A DNA stretch of 64,000 nt from Afipia sp. (lineage in GTDB: Bacteria > Pseudomonadota > Alphaproteobacteria > Rhizobiales > Xanthobacteraceae). The notes under the pieces are model-generated. The model searched no databases. It was not told the origin of the DNA and saw only the letters and a list, made by a program, of their open reading frames with translations. The position numbers and the translations under genes are program-made. Of the stretch, positions 29,742-37,936 are shown one piece after another; positions within the stretch are counted from its first letter, which is position 1; every line of letters starts with the position of its first letter. Location of the stretch: positions 70,842 to 134,841 of the forward strand of contig JAYRKE010000009.1 in NCBI GenBank assembly GCA_041905905.1. Direction: 5' to 3'.

Positions 29742-30944
29742 ATGGGTGCGCTTCCACCTTTCGAGTTTGACGAGAAGATCTTGGCCCAGGGCGCTGAGAT
29801 CTCCCGCCGTCTCGACCAGCTTCGGAACGAAAAATTCCCTCCCGACGCCAAGAAGACGCTTCGGCGTTTCCCAATGGCGGAGGTCGCTCACTATCTCGGA
29901 ATCAGCTCCAATAACCTGAAACGACTTCATTTGGAGGGCAAAGGACCAGAACCTCAGCAGGAAACCGGAGGACGACGGTTCTATACAGCCGAGCAAATGA
30001 CGGAACTTCGTCACTACCTCGATAAAAACGGACGGTCCGATGCCAAGCAATACGTCCCGTGGCGCAAGCCTGGCGAGAAGCTTCAAGTCATCGCGGTCGT
30101 TAACTTTAAGGGTGGCTCCGGAAAAACAACGACGGCCGCACATCTCGCTCAGCACCTTGCATTGACGGGCCATCGCGTGCTCGCGATTGATCTCGACCCG
30201 CAAGCATCGCTTTCGGCTCTTCACGGTTTCCAACCCGAGCTTGACGGCAACCCCTCTCTCTTTGACGCGATCCGATACGATGACCAGCGTCGGCCGATCG
30301 CCGACATCATCTCTCCCACGAATTTTCCGCTCTTGGAGATCATCCCAGCCAATCTCGAGCTGCAAGAATTCGAGTTTGAAACGCCTGTGGCGATGCAAGA
30401 TGAAAACCCGGAAATACAAATCCAGGGCAAACGATTCTACAACCGGCTAGGCCACTCGCTGTCGGAGATCGATGACCGTGTGGACGTTGTCGTGATCGAT
30501 TGTCCCCCTCAACTCGGATTTCTAACCCTCACCGCCCTCACCGCCTCGACATCTGTGCTCGTGACGGTTCATCCGCAGATGCTGGATTTGATGTCGATGA
30601 GCCAGTTCCTGCTCATGCTCGGCTCCTTCGTCAAAAACCTCAGAAAAAGCGGGGCGCCGGTCAAGATCGATTGGTTCCGATACCTGATCACTCGGTACGA
30701 GCCTACCGACGTGCCGCAAGCTCAGATGCTCGGCTTCATGCAGTCGATGCTGGTCGAGGAAATCTTGAAGAACCCGATGCTGAAGTCCACGGCGGTTTCG
30801 GACGCGGGTCTGACGAAGCAAACGCTGTACGAGGTTGAGAAAGCAAGCTTCAACCGCGAGACCTACGACCGCGCGATCGAAGCCCTCGACGCTGTCAATT
30901 TCGAGATTCAAGGCCTGATCCATCGTGCATGGGGGAGGCTATGA
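29742..30944 (+). CDS. repA: Plasmid partitioning ATPase RepA
   Basis: N-terminal HTH, deviant Walker A KGGSGKTT, AIDLDPQASLS, IDCPPQLG, PQMLD. Confidence 0.95.
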   Translation: MGALPPFEFDEKILAQGAEISRRLDQLRNEKFPPDAKKTLRRFPMAEVAHYLGISSNNLKRLHLEGKGPEPQQETGGRRFYTAEQMTELRHYLDKNGRSDAKQYVPWRKPGEKLQVIAVVNFKGGSGKTTTAAHLAQHLALTGHRVLAIDLDPQASLSALHGFQPELDGNPSLFDAIRYDDQRRPIADIISPTNFPLLEIIPANLELQEFEFETPVAMQDENPEIQIQGKRFYNRLGHSLSEIDDRVDVVVIDCPPQLGFLTLTALTASTSVLVTVHPQMLDLMSMSQFLLMLGSFVKNLRKSGAPVKIDWFRYLITRYEPTDVPQAQMLGFMQSMLVEEILKNPMLKSTAVSDAGLTKQTLYEVEKASFNRETYDRAIEALDAVNFEIQGLIHRAWGRL

Positions 30945-30945
30945 T

Positions 30946-30961
30946 GTTGACTGCCGTCAAA
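30946..30961. promoter_or_regulatory. parS: parS-like centromere site
   Basis: GTTGACTGCCGTCAAA (dyad TTGAC-N4-GTCAA) matches the repABC parS consensus GTTNNCNGCNGNNAAC except at the last base; lies in the repA-repB spacer. Confidence 0.65.
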
Positions 30962-31016
30962 ACCTGGAAAAAGAGAGGGATTTTCAACCTGATAGCCGAA
31001 TTCAGGAGATCTGCCG

Positions 31017-32012
31017 ATGGCTCGTAAGAACCCCTTCGCCAAACTCCTGGATGCTGATGCCCGGCCGGCGGATCACGCTGCTGTCGAGTATGCCGCCAAA
31101 GGCGCATCACGCACGATCCTGAGCACGCTAGACGAGATGGCAGCGCGCGCCGACCAACTGGCAGCCGGCGAGGCAATCGTCGAGATCGACCCAAACCTGG
31201 TCGACCCATCGTTCGTCCGCGATCGCAGAGCCGAGGACGAGAAGGAGTTCGAAGAGCTCCTAGAGGCAATCCGCGAGAACGGTCAGAACTCACCGATTCA
31301 GGTCCGCCCTCACCCAAGGTCGCCCGGGCGCTACATGGCTGTGTTTGGCCACCGCCGCATCCGTGTCGCAAAGACGCTTGGTCGCAAAGTGCGAGCCGTG
31401 GTGAAGGAGATCGCGGACCGCGAGCACATCATCACGCTGGGACAAGAGAACTCTGCGCGCGCTGACGTGCCGTTTATCGAACGTGCGCTGTTTGCCGCCG
31501 ACGTAGCGCGCCTTAAGCATGACGAGGACAACTCCATCGTTCTGAAGGCCCTATCCGTCGACCGGCAGACACTGTCCAAGATGCTGTCCGTGGCGAGTCT
31601 TCCTGCCGCCGTGCTGGAGGCTATCGGTGAGGCCAAGGGCGTCGGACGCGATCGCTGGTATGAGCTCAAACTGCTGATGGACAAGCCGTCCAATCACGAT
31701 CTTGCGGTCGATGTGATCGGTGAAGACGCTTTCCGGGATCTCTCCAGCGAAAGCCGTTTCGATTGGCTCGTCCAGCGTCTCAAAGCGGGTCGGCCGACGA
31801 AGCGAAAGCGATCTGCGACGGAGAAGCGCAAATGGGTGCCCGCCAATAGCTCGATGTCCGCTGAAATAATCGCGGACACGAGACGCTTCACCCTTGCAAT
31901 CAAAGCCAAGGGCGCAGAGGCGCGTGAGTTCGGCAACTACCTCTCAGAGCACCTGGACCGCCTTTACGAGGCGTTCCAGCAGGACTCGGCACACAGCAGA
32001 AAGGAACCGTAA
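31017..32012 (+). CDS. repB: Plasmid partitioning protein RepB (ParB family)
   Basis: IDPNLVDPSFVRDR, GQNSPIQVRPHP, FGHRR, GQENSARAD. Confidence 0.95.
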   Translation: MARKNPFAKLLDADARPADHAAVEYAAKGASRTILSTLDEMAARADQLAAGEAIVEIDPNLVDPSFVRDRRAEDEKEFEELLEAIRENGQNSPIQVRPHPRSPGRYMAVFGHRRIRVAKTLGRKVRAVVKEIADREHIITLGQENSARADVPFIERALFAADVARLKHDEDNSIVLKALSVDRQTLSKMLSVASLPAAVLEAIGEAKGVGRDRWYELKLLMDKPSNHDLAVDVIGEDAFRDLSSESRFDWLVQRLKAGRPTKRKRSATEKRKWVPANSSMSAEIIADTRRFTLAIKAKGAEAREFGNYLSEHLDRLYEAFQQDSAHSRKEP

Positions 32013-32016
32013 CCGC

Positions 32017-32068
32017 AAAAGAAAAAGGCCCCCGAAACAAATTCCGGAAGCCCTTCTCACAGATTGAC
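32017..32068 (-). ncRNA. repABC counter-transcribed RNA (ctRNA, incompatibility)
   Basis: Minus-strand promoter TTGACT (32103-32098)-17 bp-GATTCT (32080-32075); hairpin plus U-run terminator (plus strand AAAAGAAAAAGGCCCCC...GGAAGCCCTTCT); canonical repB-repC spacer. Confidence 0.75.
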
Positions 32069-32171
32069 ACCTAGAGAATCGCATTTCCGCGAATCGCAGT
32101 CAAGAGTCTCCAAGCGTCACGACGTCGTTTTCGGCGAGCTGATTTCTTTTGCCTAGCGATAGGTGAAGGAA

Positions 32172-32297
32172 ATGGACAGAAATTTTGTGACGCCGCCCTA
32201 CGGGTGGCGAACGACGTCGCTTGCCCAAACGTCCAATGCAGCGCTCGATCGACGAGTAATATCCGCTGTCGAAGCCAGCGGAGGCGGCCATGAATAA
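32172..32297 (+). other. 41-codon upstream ORF resembling a canonical RepC N-terminus
   Basis: AGGTGAAGGA RBS; MDRNFVTPPYGWRTTSLAQ... resembles the RepC start MxxxxVTTPFGRRxxTLA; its TAA (32295-32297) overlaps the repC ATG (32290). Confidence 0.55.
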
Positions 32298-33792
32298 ACA
32301 CGCCGCCGGCCTGCGCAAATCATCGTTGGAATCTCTCGGCGGCCAGCAGCTCGCCCGCGGCTTCCGCGAGGGCACCGACGCTTACGTGGTCTCTCGCACG
32401 GGAGCGCTGCGCGTGGCGAAGCGTGCTGCGGCGGCGATGGGCCTGAAGGCTGCGAAGATCGCGCTGATCGACCAGCTTTTCGCGGCCTCTAAGCCGGGAG
32501 ATTGGGGCGTTCCGGGCCAGGCACCGATCGTGTGGCCATCCAATGCCAGCTTGGCGCGCGGCCTTGGGGTATCCGTCTCAACGCTGAAGCACCACCTCAA
32601 GGGCCTCGTGCAGGCCCGCCTCATCACCTACAGCGACCATCCAACCTACCAGCGACGTGGCCGCCGCGACGCCGCCGGCAAGATCGTCGAGGCCTATGGC
32701 ATCGATCTGTCGCCGATCGCGGCACGCTTCGCAGAGCTGACCGACATGGCCGAGGCGGCCGAGTACCAGGCTCGTGAATGGAAGCGCCATTCCTACCGCC
32801 GCACGGTGCTCCGCAAGGAGATCCAGTCGCTGATCCTCAGCGCCACCCAGCACAAGCTGCCGGGCCCGTGGAGCCATCACCAAGCGCGCCTGGACGTTCT
32901 GAGGGAGCAGAGGCCGGCTGGTCTTGATGAGTTGGTCGCCCAGGTCGAGGGGCTCGAGGAGCTTCTGGAGGCTGTGGAGGAGGCCTACCAGACGGGATTT
33001 GAGGAACAAAATTTCAATACCGCGGTATCAAAATTTCGGCCCCTACAAACTACAGCCGAATCCCTTAACTCTGAAAAAAGTAATCAAAACCCTGAACAGC
33101 GTCGCGCTAACGCGCGACAAATTCTTTCCCCGGAGGCCTTCGGCCTTTCAGCCGAAAAAAAGTCTGACGCTGATTCTGCGCCCCGACAATCGACAAAACT
33201 GGCCTCTAGAGCCCTGGAAGAGGATGTTCAGTTCATTTCCTTGCCACTGATGCAGTCGGCCTGCCCGGCGGTTGAGCAATACGTCCCAGGCGCCTTCGCG
33301 GATTGGCGGACATTGCGCGAGGCGGGCCGGACGCTGTGCGTCTCGGTCGGCATCAACCCGCAGGTCTGGCAGGAGGCAGTCGGCATCCTGGGGCCTGATC
33401 TGGCGGTCGCCGCGGTCGCCGTCACCGTGCAAAAATCGGAGCTCGGCGCCGTGTCCAAGCCTGGGGCCTATCTGCGCACGCTGGCGCAGCGGGGCCGGGA
33501 CGGCAAATTGCACATCAGCCGGTCGCTATTTGCCTTGGCCAAGTCCGGTCAGGCGGCCGATATCGGCGACGATATGGGGTCGTTGGAAACGCCGGAGTTT
33601 CCGGCGATGGGCTCGATTGCCTACACACACTGGCGGGATGTGGTCCGCAATAACGCTCCAGCGCCGGCACCTGACTGCGACACCGTTGCCCGCGCGTTCC
33701 GCGGCTGGGCAAAGACCCGCGGCATCGACCTCACGGCGCCGAATATCGAGAAGGTGTTCGCCGGATTCTGCAAGAAGTGGAGGGTGAATTGA
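32290..33792 (+). CDS. repC: Plasmid replication initiator RepC with a C-terminal extension
   Basis: PIVWPSNASLARGLGVSVSTLKHHLKGLV, RRDAAGKIVEAYGIDLSP, VSKPGAYLRTL; internal AT-rich segment about 33000-33200. Confidence 0.88.
   Translation: MNKHAAGLRKSSLESLGGQQLARGFREGTDAYVVSRTGALRVAKRAAAAMGLKAAKIALIDQLFAASKPGDWGVPGQAPIVWPSNASLARGLGVSVSTLKHHLKGLVQARLITYSDHPTYQRRGRRDAAGKIVEAYGIDLSPIAARFAELTDMAEAAEYQAREWKRHSYRRTVLRKEIQSLILSATQHKLPGPWSHHQARLDVLREQRPAGLDELVAQVEGLEELLEAVEEAYQTGFEEQNFNTAVSKFRPLQTTAESLNSEKSNQNPEQRRANARQILSPEAFGLSAEKKSDADSAPRQSTKLASRALEEDVQFISLPLMQSACPAVEQYVPGAFADWRTLREAGRTLCVSVGINPQVWQEAVGILGPDLAVAAVAVTVQKSELGAVSKPGAYLRTLAQRGRDGKLHISRSLFALAKSGQAADIGDDMGSLETPEFPAMGSIAYTHWRDVVRNNAPAPAPDCDTVARAFRGWAKTRGIDLTAPNIEKVFAGFCKKWRVN
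33000..33200. other. Putative oriV inside repC
   Basis: Visibly AT-rich tract within repC with GANTC sites and a 28-bp dyad AAATTT-ca-ATACCGCGGTAT-ca-AAATTT (33009-33036). repABC origins are known to lie inside repC. Confidence 0.6.
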
Positions 33793-33800
33793 CGCCCGGC

Positions 33801-34862
33801 TCAGAGGCCGGCGGCCTTCGTCAAGTTGACGCGGAAACGGTCGCGGCGGCGCTGGTAGCCCCGGGTCTGCTCGGCGCTGGCATGGCCGAGCTGCTTCTGG
33901 ACGTAGCGCTCGTCGACCTCAGCCGAGGAGGCGAGGCCGGCGCGCAGGGAATGACCTGCGAATTTCCCCTTCCGGTCGCCTTCGGGCAGATCGGCCCGCA
34001 CGCCGGCGGCGAGGGCGGCGGCCTTGACCAAACGCGCCACCTGCTTGTCGGTCAGCCGGTCCGGCCCGACGTCCTTTCCGCCGCCGCGGACCCGGCGGAA
34101 CAGCGGTCCGTGCCCGATTCGGGCGAGCTTGAGCCAGGTCTGCAGGGCAACAACCGGGCAGGTGGCGTCAGACGAGCCGCGGCCGATCTCGACCTCGCGC
34201 CAGCCCGTTTTGCCGCGCAGGGTGACGACCATGCCGTCCTTGAGGATCTCGCCCCAGCCGCTGCCGTCCTCGGTCTGCTCCGGCCCGACATCGAGGCCGA
34301 CGATTTCGGAGCGCCGCAGCCCGCCGGCAAAGCCCAGCAACAGCATGGAGCGGTCGCGCAGGCCGCGCAGGCTGCCGCGATCGAGCGTCTCGAGCATGGC
34401 GATGATGTCCTCAGGCAGAACGGCGTCCTTCTTCACGGGCGGGCGGCCGTGGGTGCGCCGGATGCCGGCGAGCACGGTCGCGACGTGGCGGTCCTGGCGG
34501 TCGAAGGCGAGGCCGCGCTGGCGGAACTGCCAGCTCAGGGCGGACAGCCGCCGCTCGATCGTTGACACGGCATCGGGCTTCGCGCCTGCTTTCCCGGCGG
34601 CGCAGGCGGTGATGTAGAGCCCGATGGTCTGGACATCCGGGGGCAGGGGATCGAGGCTTTGCCGCCGGCACCAGACACTGTAGTGCCGCCAATCCGCCCC
34701 ATAGGCGCGGCGAGTGTTCTCGGCGCTGGACGCTTTGATGTAGTCGCGCGCCCGGTCGACGAGTGGCGCGAGATGAGCCGGCATGCGGGGAGGGGAGGTT
34801 TCCGTCACGTCCCGCACCTTGTCCGGAGAGTCATCGCCAGGGGAAGGTGATCGCGTGCTCAT
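33801..34862 (-). CDS. Tyrosine recombinase (plasmid multimer resolvase, RinQ-like)
   Basis: SAENTRRAYGADW, RDRSMLLLGFAGGLRRSE, TLRGKTG, GHSLRAG, QLGHAS...TRGY. Confidence 0.92.
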   Translation of the reverse strand: MSTRSPSPGDDSPDKVRDVTETSPPRMPAHLAPLVDRARDYIKASSAENTRRAYGADWRHYSVWCRRQSLDPLPPDVQTIGLYITACAAGKAGAKPDAVSTIERRLSALSWQFRQRGLAFDRQDRHVATVLAGIRRTHGRPPVKKDAVLPEDIIAMLETLDRGSLRGLRDRSMLLLGFAGGLRRSEIVGLDVGPEQTEDGSGWGEILKDGMVVTLRGKTGWREVEIGRGSSDATCPVVALQTWLKLARIGHGPLFRRVRGGGKDVGPDRLTDKQVARLVKAAALAAGVRADLPEGDRKGKFAGHSLRAGLASSAEVDERYVQKQLGHASAEQTRGYQRRRDRFRVNLTKAAGL

Positions 34863-34895
34863 GGTGTCCGTTGTACTTATCGAATATGTACAGGA

Positions 34896-34927
34896 TTGAC
34901 ATTGTGGATGATCTCATGTACGTACAT
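34896..34927 (+). promoter_or_regulatory. TA operon promoter/operator
   Basis: Perfect -35 TTGACA at 34896-34901; perfect palindrome ATGTACGTACAT at 34916-34927 over the -10 region; extra TGTAC half-sites upstream. Confidence 0.6.
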
Positions 34928-34955
34928 TGGCTGCATAGAGAACGAGTTTTGCGCC

Positions 34956-35234
34956 ATGTCCCGCGTCGCCCTTGATGACACCAACCGCATGAACCTGCGG
35001 ATCAAGCCTGAGGTGAAGGCACGGCTGCTGCGTGCGGCTGCGCTACGCCACACGGATCTGACCAGCTTCGTCACACAATCCGCCTTGCGTGAGGCTGATG
35101 CGATCATTGCGGAAGCGGACGTCGTGAAGACCACGGAACGCGACTTTACTCGCATTCTCGACCTCCTGGACAATCCGCCGAAGCCGAACGCCAAGCTCCG
35201 CGCGGCCGCTGCCGCATTGCCCAAATCGCTGTGA
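34956..35234 (+). CDS. DUF1778 RHH antitoxin (TacA/AtaR-like)
   Basis: RMNLRIKPEVKARLLRAAAL, LTSFV, FTRILDLLDNPPKPNAKL. Confidence 0.9.
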   Translation: MSRVALDDTNRMNLRIKPEVKARLLRAAALRHTDLTSFVTQSALREADAIIAEADVVKTTERDFTRILDLLDNPPKPNAKLRAAAAALPKSL

Positions 35235-35758
35235 CGGTTTCTGCCTGGCACGAGGAGGCAATCACAAAGGCCCATGACCGAAAGGCCTTCGACTGCGGCG
35301 ACGACGCTCTGAACACGTTCTTGCTGCGGTTCGCGCGCCAAGGGCACGAACAGAACGCCGTCAAGACGTTTTGCGCCATCGCCGATGATACGCCAAACAA
35401 GGTCCTCGGTTTCTACAGTATCACTCCGGCCTCGGTCGCCCATGACGCTGTGCCGCCGGCAATGACCAAAGGGCTCGCTCGCCATAGGATTCCGGGATTT
35501 CTGCTGGCCCGGCTCGCCGTAGATAAGACGGTCGCGGGCCGGGGGCTCGGCGGACAGCTTTTGCTGGCTGCGGCCTTGCGCTGTCTTCGGGTGACGGCGG
35601 AGGTCGGCGGTGTTCTGATGATCATCGAAGCCAAGAACGAGCGCGTGGCGCAGTGGTACGCAGGCTTCGGCGCCGAGCCGCTCGCCGACCAGTCGCTGAC
35701 GCTCGTCGCCCCACTCGCCACCTTTGCGGCCGCGCTCCAGACCTCCGGCCATCTCTGA
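35231..35758 (+). CDS. GNAT acetyltransferase toxin (TacT/AtaT-like)
   Basis: HDRKAFDCGDDALNTFL, VLGFYSI, LLARLAVD, GRGLGGQLL, AQWYAGFG; GTGA overlap with the antitoxin. Confidence 0.9.
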   Translation: MTVSAWHEEAITKAHDRKAFDCGDDALNTFLLRFARQGHEQNAVKTFCAIADDTPNKVLGFYSITPASVAHDAVPPAMTKGLARHRIPGFLLARLAVDKTVAGRGLGGQLLLAAALRCLRVTAEVGGVLMIIEAKNERVAQWYAGFGAEPLADQSLTLVAPLATFAAALQTSGHL

Positions 35759-35921
35759 TCTTGTCAGAAGAGGGGAGGAGAGGCTGCCGGCGAGCCCGTC
35801 TGGTGTTTCCTCGGTCGACGAACCGGCGCCCGGCGGCGGGCTCTCAGGCGGCGCAGGGCCGTCCTGGGCGTCGAATGCGGGCTCGCGCGGGGCGTCAGGG
35901 CTCATTTTGCTATATTAAGAG

Positions 35922-35958
35922 AAAAACGTCCGATAAGGCAACATTATCGGACGTTTTT
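35922..35958. repeat. 15-7-15 perfect inverted repeat, probable resolvase (res) site
   Basis: AAAAACGTCCGATAA-ggcaaca-TTATCGGACGTTTTT between the divergent resolvase-side and DUF1403 starts; typical tyrosine recombinase core geometry. Confidence 0.75.
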
Positions 35959-36029
35959 ATTTGCCGACAGGCGCGGCGGTTTGATGCGATAATCGTTGCC
36001 AAAAGCGCCGCGCTGAATCATGCTCCGGC

Positions 36030-36965
36030 ATGCCCTCGCGCGCGCGAATCCTTCCCGAACCCCCGCCGACCGTTGCCCCGATGCCGGACTGGGCGCGGGT
36101 CGAGCGGCACGAAAACCCCTTTGAAGGGCCGATATTTCTGGCCGGCGCGGCGCTCGCCGCGCTGCATCCGGCCGCGCGTCACGATCACCCGATTGGCGGG
36201 CTCTGGCGCCAGCGCCTGGCGCTGAAGGCGGCGGCGGCCGTCGCCGGCGTCGTCGGCCGCCGCGAAGACGAAAGCGGTCTGCGCGACGCGCATTATCTGA
36301 CCAAGGCCGGAGACGACCCGGGTCCGGCCGGCAAGCTGTTGCGCGTCTACCGGGCGATCGGCGATCCGCACCGTCTCGCCTCGGACGAATGGGCCGAGGA
36401 CGTGCTGGACCTCCTCGACCTTCGCGACAGCGCCGAGGCCGGACAATTGTTCAGGGAGATTGGTCGGGCGATGTCGCAAACCGCCGGACCTGTGCAGGCC
36501 GCGGCGCGCGCGGCGGCGGCCTGCCTCTCGCTTGGAGCGACCGGACGAATTCTTGCGCCCTGGGTGGCCGACATGCTGCTCGCGCAGCGGCTGCGCTGGC
36601 GTGCGCCAATCCCACTGCTCGCCATCGGCTTGCGCTCCGGCGACTGGCGTTCGGCGCGCGAGGGGCGGACGGATCTGTGGGAGGATTGCTGCGCGCTGGC
36701 CTACGCCCGCGCCGCCGCCACGGCCCTTGACCTACATGCCGACCTCGGCCGTCGCGCCATGCAGCTCCTCGAGGCAACCCCGAAACTGCGCGGCAAGGAG
36801 GCGAGCGCGATCGTGGAGCGGTTGCTCGCCGAAGACGCGCAATCCGCCTCGGCGGGTCGCATGACGAGCGATCGCTCGAGCCGCCGCCTGTTCGAGCGTC
36901 TCGTTGAGCTCGGCGTCGCGCGCGAGCTGACGGGGCGCCCCACCTTCCGACTGTACGGGCTCTGA
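36030..36965 (+). CDS. DUF1403 family protein
   Basis: WRQRLALKAAA, LRDAHYL...DPGPAG, DMLLAQRLRW, C-terminal wHTH SDRSSRRLFERLVELGVARELTGRPTFRLYGL. Confidence 0.85.
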   Translation: MPSRARILPEPPPTVAPMPDWARVERHENPFEGPIFLAGAALAALHPAARHDHPIGGLWRQRLALKAAAAVAGVVGRREDESGLRDAHYLTKAGDDPGPAGKLLRVYRAIGDPHRLASDEWAEDVLDLLDLRDSAEAGQLFREIGRAMSQTAGPVQAAARAAAACLSLGATGRILAPWVADMLLAQRLRWRAPIPLLAIGLRSGDWRSAREGRTDLWEDCCALAYARAAATALDLHADLGRRAMQLLEATPKLRGKEASAIVERLLAEDAQSASAGRMTSDRSSRRLFERLVELGVARELTGRPTFRLYGL

Positions 36966-36967
36966 CC

Positions 36968-37657
36968 ATGGGCCGGCGCGCACGCAAGACCGAAGCGCTC
37001 GACACCGAACTGGCGGACCTGCCGCCGGAGCTGCGCTGGCGCGAATGGATGGGGCGGGTCGAGGCCGTGATCTTCGCGTCGCCCGAGCCGGTGACGCGCG
37101 AGGCGCTGACCCGCGTCGTCGGCCGCGAATGCAATATCGATCTGATCATCGACGACATTCGCGAAGAGCTGCGCGGCCGTCCCTATGAGCTCGCATCCGT
37201 CGCCGGCGGATTTCAGCACCGCACCCGCAAGGCGTTCGCGCCGGCGATCCAGACTGCGACCGGCCTGGGCCACCAGGTGCGCCCGCTATCCCAGCAGGAG
37301 AGCCTGATCCTGATGTGCATCGCCTATTACCAGCCGATCACCCGTGGGGAGCTTGGCCAGTTCTTCGGCAAGGAAGTTAGTCGTGATCTGATTGCCCATC
37401 TGCGCGGTCTCGGTTTCATCGCATCCGGCCCACGCGCGCCCCAGCCTGGCGCGCCCTACACCTACGTCACTACCAACGGGTTCTTGTCCCACTTCGGCTT
37501 CAATACGCTGCGCGACCTGCCGAACATGGAGATGCTCGAGGACGCCGGGCTGCTCAGCAAGGAAAAATTGTTGGCAGGGGATTTTCCGTTGCTGCCTGCG
37601 GACGAGGCCGTCGACGTTGAGCAGAACCTCGACGACGATGACGATACGGCCGGCTGA
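36968..37657 (+). CDS. scpB: SMC-Scp subunit ScpB, plasmid-type
   Basis: RVEAVIFASPEPV, VAGGFQHRT, IAYYQPITRGEL, GAPYTYVTTNGFLSHFGFNTLRDLP; 2-bp gap after DUF1403. Confidence 0.9.
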   Translation: MGRRARKTEALDTELADLPPELRWREWMGRVEAVIFASPEPVTREALTRVVGRECNIDLIIDDIREELRGRPYELASVAGGFQHRTRKAFAPAIQTATGLGHQVRPLSQQESLILMCIAYYQPITRGELGQFFGKEVSRDLIAHLRGLGFIASGPRAPQPGAPYTYVTTNGFLSHFGFNTLRDLPNMEMLEDAGLLSKEKLLAGDFPLLPADEAVDVEQNLDDDDDTAG

Positions 37658-37936
37658 ACGGAGATGTTGCATCGAGCGCACGCTTTTGCCGCGGCGCGCG
37701 CTCCCGTTTTTCCTACCAGGGCGAGCGACAAGACAAGCCGGCGCGGCAAGTCGAACGCGCGGCGCCTCGCACCTGATCAGCAAGCGCGATTCGTGGCGCT
37801 CTGCAAGAGCTGATTTCTCCTAGCCCTAATCACGTCCCGGCTAGCTGCCCTGTGGGCGAAAGCGCTAATCTTACCGACGATACCGATTCTCGCGGGAGAC
37901 ATCCCAGACAACGGAACGCTCTGGACACGATTACCG

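Noticed and set aside
34877-35905. 342-aa minus-strand ORF as a real gene
   Set aside because: Beyond the first 45 codons it is the antisense shadow of the TA genes; only its 5' part is used, as the proposed original integrase start.
36030-37657. Wadjet (jetABCD) or MksBEF defence system
   Set aside because: No SMC/JetC ATPase, kleisin or JetD toprim gene is present; only ScpB.
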